From Cenococcum geophilum (lineage: Eukaryota), in assembly GCA_050273025.1 (NCBI GenBank), contig CP158636.1, positions 12,648,001-12,712,000 of the forward strand: a DNA stretch of 64,000 nucleotides, in the 5' to 3' direction. The notes under the pieces are model-generated. The model searched no databases. It saw only the letters and a program-made list of their open reading frames with translations, and had not been told where the DNA came from. Positions 63,275 through 64,000 of this stretch are shown here, piece after piece. The position numbers and the translations under genes are program-made. Each line of letters starts with the position of its first letter. Position 1 is the first letter of the stretch.

Positions 63275-64000
63275 TGTAACCGACTACGGGTGCTGCCGAG
63301 ACAGCCTCAACGCCACCCTATATATTGATCGCAGATCAATATTGCTTGCAGATCACTGTTCCCATCTCATCCTGTTATCTACACCATTTCATGTATATAT
63401 TCCACTTAATACCCATAGATTTATAATTAAGTTGCTCGTTCAATTCCCATACACTGCAAAGCTTACAATAACTATGCCTTACCTTCCTTATAGAGCGAAA
63501 GGACCTTTAACTAAAACTCAGTAAACAATACTACTATAGTTTGTTAGTATTTAGGACGATTATAATAACCTTAAGGTCACTAAAGGAGGTACTTAGGCAG
63601 AGTTAGCAGATGCGCACCAAGACTTAAGAGCACCGCCCCATACGCCGTCTAGATATAATAATCTCTACAGCGCTATTCCATATCGCTTTCCTATAGTAGT
63701 TAAGCTTATAGCTGCTAGCGCTCTATCTAATGCCCCTTTTAGTAAACGACAATAAGATTCTTTAGCGGTAATTTAAAATTATAACCTTTTTCTTAATAGC
63801 AATAGGAACGAAGTTAGGAAATAGATGCATTCCTACTATTTTAGGGCCGTTAAGAATTATAAAGATGCGTTTAAGCTAATACGTATAACTAAGATAGAAC
63901 GCTTTAATAGCCGCTCTTACTTCTACTGCATTAATAATAAAATTAATCCTTTAGCTATTACGGTAGATCTAAGTAAAGTGCCCCTAGTTATTATAGAAGG
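63275..64000 (+). mobile_element. Family H LTR (63275-63467) preceded by a G12 PPT and followed by a RIPed ORF from 63474 to the window end
   Basis: LTR similar to 41930-42165; the downstream frame MPYLPYRAKGP... has only TAA/TAG stops. Confidence 0.7.

Noticed and set aside
1..64000. Starship captain, tRNA or rRNA genes
   Set aside because: No tyrosine-recombinase ORF or recognisable RNA gene was seen by eye.

Overview
Fungal (ascomycete-type) AT-rich heterochromatin. It is a deeply nested transposon graveyard with a strong RIP signature: TpA excess, CpA/TpG loss, and Gln/Trp codons turned into TAA/TAG. Reading termini and target-site duplications (TSDs) by eye resolves five Ty3/Gypsy chromovirus families (six copies), one Ty1/Copia, a non-autonomous self-priming LTR element, a full-length and several truncated Tad1-like LINEs, solo LTRs, three MITEs and two larger TIR DNA elements. 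The deepest nests are Gypsy D > Gypsy E > Copia/solo LTR/MITE and Gypsy D > LTR element B > TIR element > LINE. Only one intact host-like gene is present (60926-61618, F-box-like N-terminus). Most interesting signals: (1) two Gypsy families with unrelated LTRs each carry a spliced ANTISENSE accessory gene between pol and the 3' LTR, encoding a Zn2Cys6-like Cys cluster + helical/coiled-coil segment + acidic tail; (2) a ~125-nt multi-hairpin element is shared by the 3' UTRs of a Gypsy and a Copia; (3) a TIR element with an 8-bp TSD has intact ends, a RIP-destroyed intron-rich interior, and one short motif concentrated in its intron-like segments and a subterminal array. All protein reconstructions rely on manual de-RIPing and no database searches were run.
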